Shown: positions 19,940 to 30,282, counted from the stretch's first letter. The stretch: DNA of 64,000 nt from Candidatus Woesearchaeota archaeon (GCA_964599615.1 CAZRGF010000004.1:3810-67809), one strand, 5' to 3'. Numbers and translations are program-made. The notes: a model not told the origin generated them from the letters alone.

Positions 19940-20452
19940 CTATTTTTCAAATATTAATTGAACTATTCCTGTTATTGGTGTTTTTTCTCCCTTAATATCA
20001 GTTTCACCATAAAAACCGATTGATGGTGAATACATTGTGGGTTCAAATATAAAATTAGGATTCCTTATAGGTTGAAGACTTCTTGGGTCATCCTTAAATG
20101 TAACATAAATCCGGTTTACCATAAATCCAAGATGATAACCTTTTCCCACAATTCTTAAAAGTTTTGCTTCCAGTTCATATTCTGCTTTTTCTTTAGGGTC
20201 AGTGCTTGGTTTCCTAGAGTTTTCAATATATCTTTTTGTGCAAAAACCATAAACCATTTCATTCACTCCTGGAACATTGATGGTAAGGTAATCAGCGTCA
20301 CTACGTGGTTTAACTGTAATCTGAACTACCTTATGATTTTTTACTAATCTTTGAATATCTGGAAAAACCGCATTTATTGGGTCTAACTTCTCTTTTCGAG
20401 CTTTTGCAACTTTTCCATGTAATTCAAGTAAAGCTTTGTCTAATGAGGTCAT
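19940..20452 (-). CDS. Hypothetical protein
   Basis: 170-aa ORF with upstream TATA. Confidence 0.65.
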   Translation of the reverse strand: MTSLDKALLELHGKVAKARKEKLDPINAVFPDIQRLVKNHKVVQITVKPRSDADYLTINVPGVNEMVYGFCTKRYIENSRKPSTDPKEKAEYELEAKLLRIVGKGYHLGFMVNRIYVTFKDDPRSLQPIRNPNFIFEPTMYSPSIGFYGETDIKGEKTPITGIVQLIFEK

Positions 20453-20552
20453 TTTTTCTATTTTTACAAATCTTTCGAGATATTTAAACCTTTCTTATGT
20501 ATTAACTAAAAAAAGACAATAATATTTAAAAAGCCCAAGGAAATAACAAAAA

Positions 20553-21083
20553 ATGACAGGAGTTTTATTTGTAGATGCTTTATATGATAAAAATCAGGAG
20601 ATAAGCCAAGTTATTGGTTCTATTAATTGTAGGAAAGGGCATTTTGCTTGTGGCATAGGTTGTTTAGAAGCAGCAGTAGACTTTAGAACAGAGTTTAAAT
20701 TAAGGAGAGGAGAACCCTCAGAACCCTTATATAATCTCCGCCTTGATACAGCAGTTATTGAGCCAGCAATCCCAATTTGTGGACCTTGTTTTAGTGATGT
20801 GAAAGATAAACAAAAACTTGGTTCTTTTTTAAGTGATTATGTAAATGCTGATTTTTTAAAAGAATGTTTTGATGAAGCATCTGGCCATAAAGCAGGTTTA
20901 TTACTAGTGCCCTTATTTAAAAAAATGAATCCAGATGCAAAAATTTTGATATATACTTATCTAAAAGAAGATTGCCCAACAGGACGCTCAGTAAAACAAT
21001 ATGCAGATAAATTTGAAGTCCCTGTTTTGTATAAACCTCTTGGAGCTTTAGGAGTTCTAAAAGCTCTGGGCATAGAAACATAA
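20553..21083 (+). CDS. Degenerate response-regulator receiver-like protein
   Basis: VLFVD, AVIEP, GLLL, NPDAKILIYT, LYKP. Confidence 0.55.
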   Translation: MTGVLFVDALYDKNQEISQVIGSINCRKGHFACGIGCLEAAVDFRTEFKLRRGEPSEPLYNLRLDTAVIEPAIPICGPCFSDVKDKQKLGSFLSDYVNADFLKECFDEASGHKAGLLLVPLFKKMNPDAKILIYTYLKEDCPTGRSVKQYADKFEVPVLYKPLGALGVLKALGIET

Positions 21084-21085
21084 AA

Positions 21086-21556
21086 ATGGCAGGAAAAAAT
21101 ATTTTGCTCATTGATTGTTATCAAACCACAGAATTTGGTAAATCATTATTAGAATCCCCCCATGGTTATGACGTTGATTGGGTAGATTCTATTCCTGCAG
21201 CGGTTTTAGAATTAGAAAAGAAAAAAGGAAGAAAAGCAGTAGTAATTGAACCGATTATGTCTATTCCTTCGGAAGATTGGCTAAAAACAGAAGGCAAAAA
21301 ACTTTCAGAAAAATATTTAGGTTTCTCAGAAGTGCTTTTTTCAAGAGAGAACTATAGAGTTTGTGGTTTGTATTTAGCTCCGATTATAAGGGAGTTGGAA
21401 CCATCTGCAAAAATAATTGCTTATAGTTTATGGGGGAACTTAGAAATGAAAATCACTCAAGTTGGGAAAAGAACTCGCGATCTGCTTAGCCATCTGAAGA
21501 TTCCACATGTTTCAAAACCAAATATTGATGAACTTGTAAAACAAATTGAATCTTAA
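21086..21556 (+). CDS. Degenerate response-regulator receiver-like protein (paralog)
   Basis: ILLID, VVIEP, GLYL, EPSAKIIAYS, SKP. Confidence 0.55.
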   Translation: MAGKNILLIDCYQTTEFGKSLLESPHGYDVDWVDSIPAAVLELEKKKGRKAVVIEPIMSIPSEDWLKTEGKKLSEKYLGFSEVLFSRENYRVCGLYLAPIIRELEPSAKIIAYSLWGNLEMKITQVGKRTRDLLSHLKIPHVSKPNIDELVKQIES

Positions 21557-21593
21557 AACAATAACTTTAAAACCCCATTTTTCTCTAACTTTT

Positions 21594-22256
21594 ATGGAAA
21601 CTAAGAAAAATGATTTTATTGAACTAGAATTCACAGCTAAGACCAAGACTGGTGAAATCTTTGACACAACTGATTTTGAAGAAGCTAAAAAATCAAATAT
21701 GGTTGATGAAAAAGCAAAAGATCAGTTCAAGCCAATTAAAGTATGCATTGGCCAAGGTCAAGTACTTGCTGCTTTAGACAAAGCATTGGAAAATAAAGAA
21801 CCGGAAAAAGATTACGAAATAGAGATTAGTGCAAAAGAAGGATACGGAAAAAGAGATACCAAATTAATCAGGACAGTTCCTTTGACTGCTTTTGAACAGA
21901 TGCCTCAACAAGGCATGTTTGTTAATGTTAATGGTATGATTGCTAAGGTAATTTCAGTTACTGGCGGAAGGGTTTTGATAGATATGAATCATCCATTAGC
22001 AGGCAAAGATACTATTTACAAATTCAAAATTCTTAGGATTATAGAATCAAAAGAAGAAAAAACACAAGTTTTCTTAGAATCTTTAGGAATCAAAAAAGAA
22101 TCATTTTCTTTACAAGAAAATAAAGTGATTGTGAAAGAAAAAGTTCCAGAGAAGGTTCAAGAAGAGATAAAGAAAAGAGCAAAAGAAATCCTTTCTCTTG
22201 AAATTGAATTCAAGGAAGAAAAAGAGAAACCAGAAAAAGAAGAAAAGAAGAAGTAA
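21594..22256 (+). CDS. slyD: FKBP-type peptidyl-prolyl isomerase (SlyD-like)
   Basis: GEIFDTT, EGYGKRD, IDMNHPLAGK. Confidence 0.92.
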   Translation: METKKNDFIELEFTAKTKTGEIFDTTDFEEAKKSNMVDEKAKDQFKPIKVCIGQGQVLAALDKALENKEPEKDYEIEISAKEGYGKRDTKLIRTVPLTAFEQMPQQGMFVNVNGMIAKVISVTGGRVLIDMNHPLAGKDTIYKFKILRIIESKEEKTQVFLESLGIKKESFSLQENKVIVKEKVPEKVQEEIKKRAKEILSLEIEFKEEKEKPEKEEKKK

Positions 22257-22384
22257 TTTCTGCAGGGTTTTCGAGCATGCTAAAAAAACAGGAGTTTTTT
22301 TGGCATTCTAAAAAGCTTGCTTTTCATGATAATAATCTTTAAATATACTTTCAAACATCTTATGCATAGAAAGAAGGTAAAAGC

Positions 22385-23470
22385 ATGGCAGAATTATCAC
22401 ATAAAAGAGAAGAAACCAAAGATATTGACCAGGAATTAGAAGAAATACTTAATCGCCAGAAGGCTTCTATTAAAGTTTTTGGGATTGGCGGAGGCGGCAA
22501 TAATACTTTGACTAGGATGAAAGAAATAGGGATTAAAGGAGCAGAATGTATTGCCTTGAATACAGATGCTCAAGATCTTCTTTATACTTATGCTGATTCA
22601 AAAATTCTTATAGGCAGAGAATTAACTCATGGCCTAGGAGCAGGAAGCAATCCACAAGTGGGAGAAGAAGCTGCTAAAGAGTCTGAACATGAAATAAAAC
22701 AGAAAATTCAGGGAGCGGACATGGTTTTCATAACCTGTGGCTTAGGCGGAGGAACCGGGACAGGAGCAGCACCGGTTGTAGCAGAAATTGCTAAACGATT
22801 AGGAGCTTTGACAATAGCAGTAGTCACAATTCCTTTTACAATCGAAGGTCAAAAAAGATATGAAAATGCAGTAGAAGGATTAGAAAGAATGGAAGAATCT
22901 GTTGATACTTTGATTGTTATTCCAAATGATAAACTACTAGAGTTAGCTCCAGACTTGCCTTTACATACTGCTTTCAAGATAGCAGATGAAATCTTGACAA
23001 ACGCGGTCAAGGGGATAACAGAGTTAGTTACCAAAGCAGGATTAGTTAATCTGGATTTTGCAGATGTTCGAGCAGTTATGACTAATGGCGGAGTTGCGAT
23101 GATTGGAGTAGGAGAAGCTGATTCAGTTGATAGGGCAACAGAGGCTGTTGAAAAGGCAATTGAAAATCCATTACTTGATGTTGATATCACAGATGCTACT
23201 GGTGCTTTAATCAATATAACCGGTGGCCAAGATATGACTCTCGAAGAAGCTAAACGCGTTATAGAAACGGTTCTAAGAAAAATTTCTCCTAATGCAAAAA
23301 TGATTTGGGGAGCTCAGCTTTCTGAAGACATGGACAAGACTCTTCGAGTTTTACTTATTGTAACAGGCGTAAAAAGTCCCCAGATTTTAGGCAAGAAAGA
23401 AACCACGAAAAGTCGAGAACGAAAAGGAATGTCCCAGGAATTTGAAATAGATTTTGTTGAAGGCGAATAA
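22385..23470 (+). CDS. ftsZ: Cell division protein FtsZ
   Basis: GGGGNN, NTDAQ, GGGTGTG, NLDFADV. Confidence 0.98.
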   Translation: MAELSHKREETKDIDQELEEILNRQKASIKVFGIGGGGNNTLTRMKEIGIKGAECIALNTDAQDLLYTYADSKILIGRELTHGLGAGSNPQVGEEAAKESEHEIKQKIQGADMVFITCGLGGGTGTGAAPVVAEIAKRLGALTIAVVTIPFTIEGQKRYENAVEGLERMEESVDTLIVIPNDKLLELAPDLPLHTAFKIADEILTNAVKGITELVTKAGLVNLDFADVRAVMTNGGVAMIGVGEADSVDRATEAVEKAIENPLLDVDITDATGALINITGGQDMTLEEAKRVIETVLRKISPNAKMIWGAQLSEDMDKTLRVLLIVTGVKSPQILGKKETTKSRERKGMSQEFEIDFVEGE

Positions 23471-23471
23471 A

Positions 23472-23804
23472 ATGTCAAAGAAAAAAGAATGGGTTTATGC
23501 AATAGCAGTTACAGGACCTAAGAATCTCTACGCACTTCCTTTATTGACTAGTGATAAGTATTATATTCTAGTTTACAGGACAGAAGAGCAAGCAAGAAAT
23601 GAAATTGAAGAACATAATAACTTTCTTAACAGTGCAGGTGCAAAAATGCCAAGAGGACTAAGCAGATTAAGGCTTGAATCAAAAGTTGTTGACTTAAGTA
23701 ATCTTATAGAATTCGGTGTTTTGTCAAAATCTAAACTCTCAAGACAAGACCGAAGACATAAAACTCATAGATCTTATACCTCGGTAGAATCAACCCCTGC
23801 ATAA
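23472..23804 (+). CDS. Hypothetical protein
   Basis: ORF starting 1 nt after ftsZ stop. Confidence 0.6.
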   Translation: MSKKKEWVYAIAVTGPKNLYALPLLTSDKYYILVYRTEEQARNEIEEHNNFLNSAGAKMPRGLSRLRLESKVVDLSNLIEFGVLSKSKLSRQDRRHKTHRSYTSVESTPA

Positions 23805-23880
23805 ATCTATATAAGTTACTTCTTAAAAGTTACAAAAAAGAAAGGTTTATAAATCTTAGAATAATTAGTTTTTGATTAAA

Positions 23881-24123
23881 ATGGGAGATAGACTTGAGAC
23901 AATTGCAAAAGTTTTTGGGTGTTTGGGAGTATTAGTAGCTTTCTCTTTATTTACCTACGACATGGCATTGAGAAGTAAAGCAAAAAGCCATACTACAGAG
24001 GTATCTTATTTTACCAAAGAGGGTAAAAATTATCAGGTTTTAAGTAAGGAAGGAAAAGCAGACACCCTTGTGCAAGATTCAACAGGAGTTTACAAGCCCA
24101 TTAGCGAAACAAAAGGAGAATGA
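23881..24123 (+). CDS. Small membrane-anchored hypothetical protein
   Basis: N-terminal TM; own TATA (GAAAGGTTTATAAA). Confidence 0.6.
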   Translation: MGDRLETIAKVFGCLGVLVAFSLFTYDMALRSKAKSHTTEVSYFTKEGKNYQVLSKEGKADTLVQDSTGVYKPISETKGE

Positions 24124-24165
24124 GGATATCACAGGTAGGATTCTTTAAATTCCATAGTCCAAACA

Positions 24166-24232
24166 TTTAAACGAGCTTTCTGAAAGAAACCTCGGAAAGA
24201 GGTAAACCTTTCTTTACAGAAAGGTTTAAAAA
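24166..24232 (+). repeat. 67-bp multi-hairpin repeat containing BRE/TATA (copy 2)
   Basis: Identical to reverse complement of 19066-19132; ends GAAAGGTTTAAAAA 21 nt before secE ATG. Confidence 0.9.
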
Positions 24233-24253
24233 ACACTTTCTTATTAATTTATC

Positions 24254-24439
24254 ATGAATGTCTTAGTCAATACTAAACAATTTGTAGCCAAATGCACGAG
24301 AGTGTTTAAAGTAGCTAGAAAACCAACAAAACAAGAATTAAAGCAAGTTTCAAAAATTTCTGCTCTTGGATTGTTGATTATCGGTCTTTTAGGCTTTGCA
24401 ATAAGCATATTATTTACATTTCTCTGGGGCGTGATATAA
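24254..24439 (+). CDS. secE: Protein translocase SecE/Sec61-gamma
   Basis: RVFKVARKPT..E...VSK...GLLIIGLLGF; upstream of spt5. Confidence 0.92.
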   Translation: MNVLVNTKQFVAKCTRVFKVARKPTKQELKQVSKISALGLLIIGLLGFAISILFTFLWGVI

Positions 24440-24440
24440 G

Positions 24441-24938
24441 ATGATATTTGTAGTAAAAGTCATAACAAACAAAGAAGATCAAGCAGCTGAATTGATTGCT
24501 AATAAAGTTGAGAAGAAAAAACTGGAAGTCTTCTCAATCATCCGACCACATGGTTTGAGAGGCTATATTCTTATTGAATCCCAGGATTATGAAACAGCAC
24601 AGCAAGCTGCTTTGAATGTGCCCTATGTCAAAGGAGTTATTTTCAAGAATCTCGACTACAAAGAAGTTGAAAATGTTGTTGAACCAGCTGCAACAACAAT
24701 CAATATTGAGAAAGGCGATGTAGTAGAGATTTTATCAGAACCATTCAAAAGAGAAAAAGCAAAAGTAGTCAGAGTTGATAAAACAAAAGAAGAAGTTGTT
24801 GTCGAATTATTAGAAGCAGCTGTTCCAATTCCAATTACAGTAAAGTTGGATAATGTAAAAGTCATCAGAAGGACAAAAGAAGAGCAGGAAGAGGAAGAAG
24901 CTAAAGCAAAAGACGAAGACGATTGGGAAAACTTATAA
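24441..24938 (+). CDS. spt5: Transcription elongation factor Spt5/NusG
   Basis: GLRGYILIE, GDVVEI..PFKREKAKV, ELLEAAVPIPITV. Confidence 0.95.
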   Translation: MIFVVKVITNKEDQAAELIANKVEKKKLEVFSIIRPHGLRGYILIESQDYETAQQAALNVPYVKGVIFKNLDYKEVENVVEPAATTINIEKGDVVEILSEPFKREKAKVVRVDKTKEEVVVELLEAAVPIPITVKLDNVKVIRRTKEEQEEEEAKAKDEDDWENL

Positions 24939-24964
24939 GTCTCTTATTCTTCTTAATTAATTCT

Positions 24965-25030
24965 AAAAGCGAAGCGCAGTTTCTAAATTTTAAAGGTTTG
25001 GCTTTTGTAAAATCTGTTAGTATGTGTAAT
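24965..25030 (+). repeat. Family-2 repeat
   Basis: AAAAGCGAAGCGCAGTT...AAAGGTTTGGC...TATGTGTAAT. Confidence 0.7.
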
Positions 25031-25101
25031 ATTTTTGGTTTAACTTATAACCCTAGTCTTACAGAATATGTTTTTTGAACACAAAAAATCTACAGGTTTT
25101 T

Positions 25102-25803
25102 TTATTGTTCAAATAAAACATAGTAAGTCGCAACTATTAAGATAGTAGCAAGAACTGAAATAACAATTGTTGCTAATAATCCATAAGATAAAGTTAAAAG
25201 AAACATTAATCCACTCAAGAAAAAGACAAACACCGCCCAGATTTTAGAGCCCATAAAAACCTTAAGCCCTTGCCCAATTGGGACCATTGCCAAAAAAGCA
25301 AGCAGCATAGGATATATCGCCAAGTCATTCAACCCCGCAATTCTCAAAATAATTCCCAAAAGTATTGAAGCAATTGGACCTGCGACAGCAATTTTAGCGA
25401 CATCTAGTTCATCCAAATCATACCATCTTTTCTTTATTCTCGAACTTTTTATGTCTACATCAAAATTCAAGACAGCTGACCATACTACTTTTCCTGCTGA
25501 GACTAAAAAGAATAACAAAGGCAAGACAATCCAAAGAGGAAAGCCCCATTTCAATCTAAACCTGTCATCAAACCAATACTGTCTGAAAGAAAGCCATTTT
25601 ATCTTGATTCTGCAATCTAAAAAATGAGCCATAATCTTTTCTCCAAGAATAAAAACAAATAACATTACTAAAGAAAACGCGCACATCAAGAGTACTTGGC
25701 TCCAGTCAATATAAAGCAAAGGCCACGCGACTTTTATTGATAAGACAAATCCTAAGAAAATTGCTGAAATAATCCAAATCATAACTTCATCAAAGTCTAG
25801 CAT
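25102..25803 (-). CDS. Membrane protein, M50 peptidase-like but lacking HExxH
   Basis: KIAVAGP motif, multi-TM; no HExxH or NxxPxxxxDG. Confidence 0.55.
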   Translation of the reverse strand: MLDFDEVMIWIISAIFLGFVLSIKVAWPLLYIDWSQVLLMCAFSLVMLFVFILGEKIMAHFLDCRIKIKWLSFRQYWFDDRFRLKWGFPLWIVLPLLFFLVSAGKVVWSAVLNFDVDIKSSRIKKRWYDLDELDVAKIAVAGPIASILLGIILRIAGLNDLAIYPMLLAFLAMVPIGQGLKVFMGSKIWAVFVFFLSGLMFLLTLSYGLLATIVISVLATILIVATYYVLFEQ

Positions 25804-25839
25804 ATTTTTTTAATTGATTTGAGTTTATTTAGGTTTCTA

Positions 25840-26592
25840 TTATATCTTCTTCGCAATTTTCCAGACTCCTTCAAAATATTCCCTAAAGTTATCTGTTATG
25901 CTTTTTGATTTAATAAGCACAGCAATAATTGGCTTTTTCCAGGAGATTATAAGCAATTTATCATTATAAATCTCAATATTGCCCGGGATAGGAAAATCAA
26001 CAAATTTCTTCTTTAAACTCTTATTTACAAAATATTCAAAAAACTTAGATTTTCTTCCTTCTTTATTTGAAATTCCCCGCATATTCACTTTTTTTAATAA
26101 ATCTTTTATTCCAAGATAGAATAAATCAGCTTCTTCAGCATATTCTTTTTCATGGATATAGAAATAAAGTACTTCCTCTTTTTTATCTAAACCTGGAAGC
26201 AGTTTTTCATAAACTGTTCTTAAACCATTTTTTCCAATAAAAACTTCTGCTTCTTGTTCTGGCTTGTTTTCTTGAAGTTTTTCTATATCTGGCAAGATTT
26301 TCTTCAATTCTCGCTTTTGTTTTTGTATCTCAGTTTCTTTTCTGTCTAAGAATTCAACTAAGTTTATCGCACTAGATGCCTGAAAGTATTTTGTTTTCTC
26401 TTTTATAATAAAAGTGACTATTCCTTTTTCAATCAACCTGTTTAAAATGTCATAAACATTAGAGTAAGCTACACCCGCTTTTTTGACAACTGGACCAACT
26501 GTACTTGAGCCCAATTCTACCAAAGCGATATAGACTTTAGCTTCTCCTTCTGTCAATCCTATCTTCAACAGATCATAAATTTCTTTCTGCAT
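25840..26592 (-). CDS. TrmB-family transcriptional regulator
   Basis: GLTEGEAKVYIAL, VYDILNRLIEKG. Confidence 0.9.
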   Translation of the reverse strand: MQKEIYDLLKIGLTEGEAKVYIALVELGSSTVGPVVKKAGVAYSNVYDILNRLIEKGIVTFIIKEKTKYFQASSAINLVEFLDRKETEIQKQKRELKKILPDIEKLQENKPEQEAEVFIGKNGLRTVYEKLLPGLDKKEEVLYFYIHEKEYAEEADLFYLGIKDLLKKVNMRGISNKEGRKSKFFEYFVNKSLKKKFVDFPIPGNIEIYNDKLLIISWKKPIIAVLIKSKSITDNFREYFEGVWKIAKKI

Positions 26593-26663
26593 ATTTTTCT
26601 AGTTCTCTTTGCTATAAAAATCTTCTTATTATACACCCTGCACAGGTGAAATAAACTATAAAT

Positions 26664-27158
26664 ATGTTAGTTTATAATAACTATTATCAAGTGATGAAAT
26701 ATAAGGAGAAAAATAAAATGAAACAAAAAGATTGTACAGAAGAAAAGATTGAAAAAGAGAGAATTAGAAAATTGTTAATGGCAACAAGAATAGGTCAGAA
26801 ATTAGAAAAATTAGTCCTTAAAAAAAGTCCAGAAAGCTGGCATCAGTTTGATAAAAATAATGTTCCCAGTTTAATTTATACTCTCTATGGATTTGATTAT
26901 AGGCCCGTTGAAAGTTACATCGGATATTCAACCAAATTAAACAAAGACTGTGAAATTTATTTAGTTCCTAATAATTCTTGTTCACCATTGGGCAGACGGG
27001 CAGACATTGTTTTGTATTACCAAAGTCAACGATGGTGCCGGACATATCATACCATGGATAAAGAAATTTATGATAAATTTAAAACTAAACTAGAATATTA
27101 TCAAATGGCTTGTGCTCAAAAGACAATTTCAGAGATTAGTCAAATTCAGAATGCTTAA
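26664..27158 (+). CDS. Hypothetical protein (start uncertain, possibly 26718)
   Basis: ORF only. Confidence 0.55.
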   Translation: MLVYNNYYQVMKYKEKNKMKQKDCTEEKIEKERIRKLLMATRIGQKLEKLVLKKSPESWHQFDKNNVPSLIYTLYGFDYRPVESYIGYSTKLNKDCEIYLVPNNSCSPLGRRADIVLYYQSQRWCRTYHTMDKEIYDKFKTKLEYYQMACAQKTISEISQIQNA

Positions 27159-27169
27159 AACCCAATAGA

Positions 27170-27706
27170 ATGACAAAAACACTTTATCCCAAATTAGTCT
27201 CAGCAGCATCAACAAGTAGAGTATTTGGGATAGTAATGGGCAGTGTATTAGTGTCCTTAGGACTAGCAGGTGTTATGCTTATGTCTTATCCTTTCTGGGG
27301 AATTAAGGAGGGATACAAGGTAATTGACGGAACTTCAGTAATGTACCATTATGCAATGAAACTCCCCTTTCTAATTAATACCCCCATTAAATTAATTCAT
27401 TTATATGACTACCCTCAAAAAAGAGGTTACACCCACATTAAAAATCAAGATGCGAGAGACACAATCATAGGAAATCAAAAATTAGATGGTGTTTGTGTGA
27501 TGGGTGATAGTGGTGCAGGTATTCTTTATCTTCCCTTAGGTGCATTTCGTGTTGAAGCTAGTCCTTATGGGGATAGTTATGTGCCCGGAGGATTAAAAGA
27601 TATGGGAAAAAAACTTGACCGACCGAGAAGTGAAGTAGATTCTGCACTTACAGATGCAACTAAAAAATACAATAAGTATCGGCATGCATTTGAAGATAGA
27701 AGATAA
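27170..27706 (+). CDS. Hypothetical membrane-anchored protein
   Basis: N-terminal TM. Confidence 0.6.
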   Translation: MTKTLYPKLVSAASTSRVFGIVMGSVLVSLGLAGVMLMSYPFWGIKEGYKVIDGTSVMYHYAMKLPFLINTPIKLIHLYDYPQKRGYTHIKNQDARDTIIGNQKLDGVCVMGDSGAGILYLPLGAFRVEASPYGDSYVPGGLKDMGKKLDRPRSEVDSALTDATKKYNKYRHAFEDRR

Positions 27707-27709
27707 AAA

Positions 27710-27979
27710 ATGAAATATGTACTAGATAAAATTAGGGATTATATAGACAGAAAGGATATTGGATTAACCGCGCCAACTCTAATTACTATAATTGGGTCTT
27801 TCTTTTTGCTTGCATGTTATTTCACTTGTTTGGAAATAAAAAATAATAGGGACGTTTCACATACACCCCCATATCAACTAGATGTTCCACAAAATGTCAC
27901 CTACCAGAAATGGGATAGTCTGTTTTATTATCTTGACAAGAATTCAGACGGAAAATTAGATAGTCTAGATTTTAAATAA
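27710..27979 (+). CDS. Small membrane protein with EF-hand-like loop
   Basis: TM followed by DKNSDGKLDSLDF. Confidence 0.55.
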   Translation: MKYVLDKIRDYIDRKDIGLTAPTLITIIGSFFLLACYFTCLEIKNNRDVSHTPPYQLDVPQNVTYQKWDSLFYYLDKNSDGKLDSLDFK

Positions 27980-27996
27980 TCTTAGAAACTTTCATT

Positions 27997-30282
27997 TCAG
28001 CCTTTCTTAATCTCTTTTTTCATCCAATCTTCCCAGTCAGTGAAAACCCTCTTGCCTTTGGGCACACCGATTTCTGCCTGAATCTTCTCAGAAATTTCAT
28101 GGAAAGCATTATTTGCTTTCAAGACAAATTCAGCTTCCAATAGATTTGGATTTTTTGCTTTTAAACTTGCCTCAACTAAAGTCTGTTTTATCTTCGCTCT
28201 TAAAAGAATATTATCCCAGACAGCATCCCATGAACCTGCCCAGCCCTTGACATTTGAAGCAATATCTTTTAGAACTTCTGACTCACCATTAATAAAATCA
28301 TCAGTTGATTTGATATCATCTTTAATTACATCATATTTCATTAAATCTAGAAAACCTTTTTCAGCAAGAGGATCAACTGTCCAATGTTTTCTGACTTCTG
28401 TAATCTCTAATAATCTTCTCCATTTATGCAATCCATCTGAACTTTTAATTGGATTAACAATCGTGATAATATCAGTTGCTTTAAAACTTGTGGTAGGAAC
28501 TTTCAGATCATTGACTACTCTGTCAAAAACCCCATACGCTGAAGCTCCGTGAATTGTTCCTGCAACAACATTGGCTAATGCCCCTACTCTCATTGCTTCA
28601 TAAAGAGCTAAGGCTTCTGTACTTCTAACTTCCCCAACAATTAAACAAGAATCTCCTAATCTTAAGCTAGTTCTAATACCTTCTTCAGCAGCCATTTCAC
28701 TTGTTTCCCTAGCTAAAGCTTCTCGAACTTTCATTCTTAAAATATCATAGCCCATAGTTCTAAAAGCATCAACAGGAAGTTCCATTGTTCCCTCTATGGT
28801 AATTATTCTATTCCTTTGCATAATTTCTAGCATGCATGCTCCAAGCAAAGATGTTTTTCCTGAGCTTCTTGTTCCTGCTATTAATAAAGTTCTACCACCA
28901 TCAATTAAAAAAGATAACAAACCAGCAGACATAGCATTCAACATCTTGCCCTTGATAAACAAAGGCAAAGTCCATGGTTTGTCTCTGTGTCTCCTGAATA
29001 CATAAGATAATCCATATGGGCTTAAAGGTTGTTGAATAATAGCGACTCTTGCCCTAGATGTTTCAAGGAGTAATTCAGTATCTAGGACTGAATTCGCTTC
29101 ATCTAGGGGCCTTCCAGACATCATCCTAAATTTAGCTGCCCAAGAATCAGTATCTTCTTGACTAGGGACTATATTAGTATCACACTCGTCATATTCTCCA
29201 TGTCTTACAAAAATCTGGACTAAGCCAGCAGGAGCATTGACCATAATATCCTGAAGATGTTCATCTTGAAGCAGAACTTCTATCAAACCAAAACCAATTG
29301 TTTGTCTCACCAATATTGTAGCAAGTTTATTGATTTGTTTGAAATTTAAGGGCATTTTCCTTGCAGTAGCAAGCTCCTGAAGCAGATCCTTTGCAATATT
29401 GAAAAAAACTTGTCTAATCCGGCTTGGATCTGTAAATTCCTCTGCTTTTGGCTTATGTTCCAGCAAAACATTTCTAGCTAAATTAACTAAGCTCTGAAGC
29501 TCTTCATTTAAAGTGAATTCAGGTGCATTTAGATGATAAAGGTATTTTGTTTGGTTAGGGACTTTTAAAATCGAGACAGTGCTCTGGTCATATTCGTTTC
29601 CTATTTGATACTCATCGATAATTTCAGCATCTGCGGGAAGAGAAGAGATTAATCTAGTGTAAGTGAAGTTAGGGATTACCTCTGGTCTGAAAATTTCTTT
29701 GTATATATCTCTTGACCTTAATTTATATCCAGAGAGTTTAAGATTAGCTTCCTTGACTATTTGTGTTTTTTGAAGCATCAAAATTATTTTTGCCAATAAT
29801 TTTAAATAACCAGTTTCACAGTTAGTGCATTCACCAGTGAAGTTTTTTGGATTTGCTTTTTCTTCCTGATATACTCTTCTTGCTTCCATATAACATGCAA
29901 TAGGGTCCTGTTTCAACAAAGTCAGAACAAGATAACGCATCATCCCGTATCTTTGGGCAACACATCTCTTGCAAGTATAAGGAGCTAAAGAGTTCATTAC
30001 CAATACTTTCTCTTGTTTGATAAGTTTTTCATAAATCTGAGCTATTTCCATCAACATCGCGACCTGATTTGAAGGATAGCTGTAGTTCCTTTGTTGGACA
30101 AAAATAACCTTTGTAGCGCTTTGTACTTCTAGAAGATAATCCACTGTTCTTGCCATCACAATAGCACTATCGCCTATCTCTGGAACACTTGGAGACCCAA
30201 GATAATTTACATAAAGAATATCTTGCTTTGCTTCTCTCTTTATTTCATAACCGTATAATTTGGTTTCTGGTTTGAACAACAT
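27997..30282 (-). CDS. Type IV pilus/secretion ATPase (VirB11/TadA/ArlI family)
   Basis: Walker A GTRSSGKT, SLRLGD..IVGEVR, GTIHG; N-terminal CxxC pairs. Confidence 0.92.
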   Translation of the reverse strand: MLFKPETKLYGYEIKREAKQDILYVNYLGSPSVPEIGDSAIVMARTVDYLLEVQSATKVIFVQQRNYSYPSNQVAMLMEIAQIYEKLIKQEKVLVMNSLAPYTCKRCVAQRYGMMRYLVLTLLKQDPIACYMEARRVYQEEKANPKNFTGECTNCETGYLKLLAKIILMLQKTQIVKEANLKLSGYKLRSRDIYKEIFRPEVIPNFTYTRLISSLPADAEIIDEYQIGNEYDQSTVSILKVPNQTKYLYHLNAPEFTLNEELQSLVNLARNVLLEHKPKAEEFTDPSRIRQVFFNIAKDLLQELATARKMPLNFKQINKLATILVRQTIGFGLIEVLLQDEHLQDIMVNAPAGLVQIFVRHGEYDECDTNIVPSQEDTDSWAAKFRMMSGRPLDEANSVLDTELLLETSRARVAIIQQPLSPYGLSYVFRRHRDKPWTLPLFIKGKMLNAMSAGLLSFLIDGGRTLLIAGTRSSGKTSLLGACMLEIMQRNRIITIEGTMELPVDAFRTMGYDILRMKVREALARETSEMAAEEGIRTSLRLGDSCLIVGEVRSTEALALYEAMRVGALANVVAGTIHGASAYGVFDRVVNDLKVPTTSFKATDIITIVNPIKSSDGLHKWRRLLEITEVRKHWTVDPLAEKGFLDLMKYDVIKDDIKSTDDFINGESEVLKDIASNVKGWAGSWDAVWDNILLRAKIKQTLVEASLKAKNPNLLEAEFVLKANNAFHEISEKIQAEIGVPKGKRVFTDWEDWMKKEIKKG

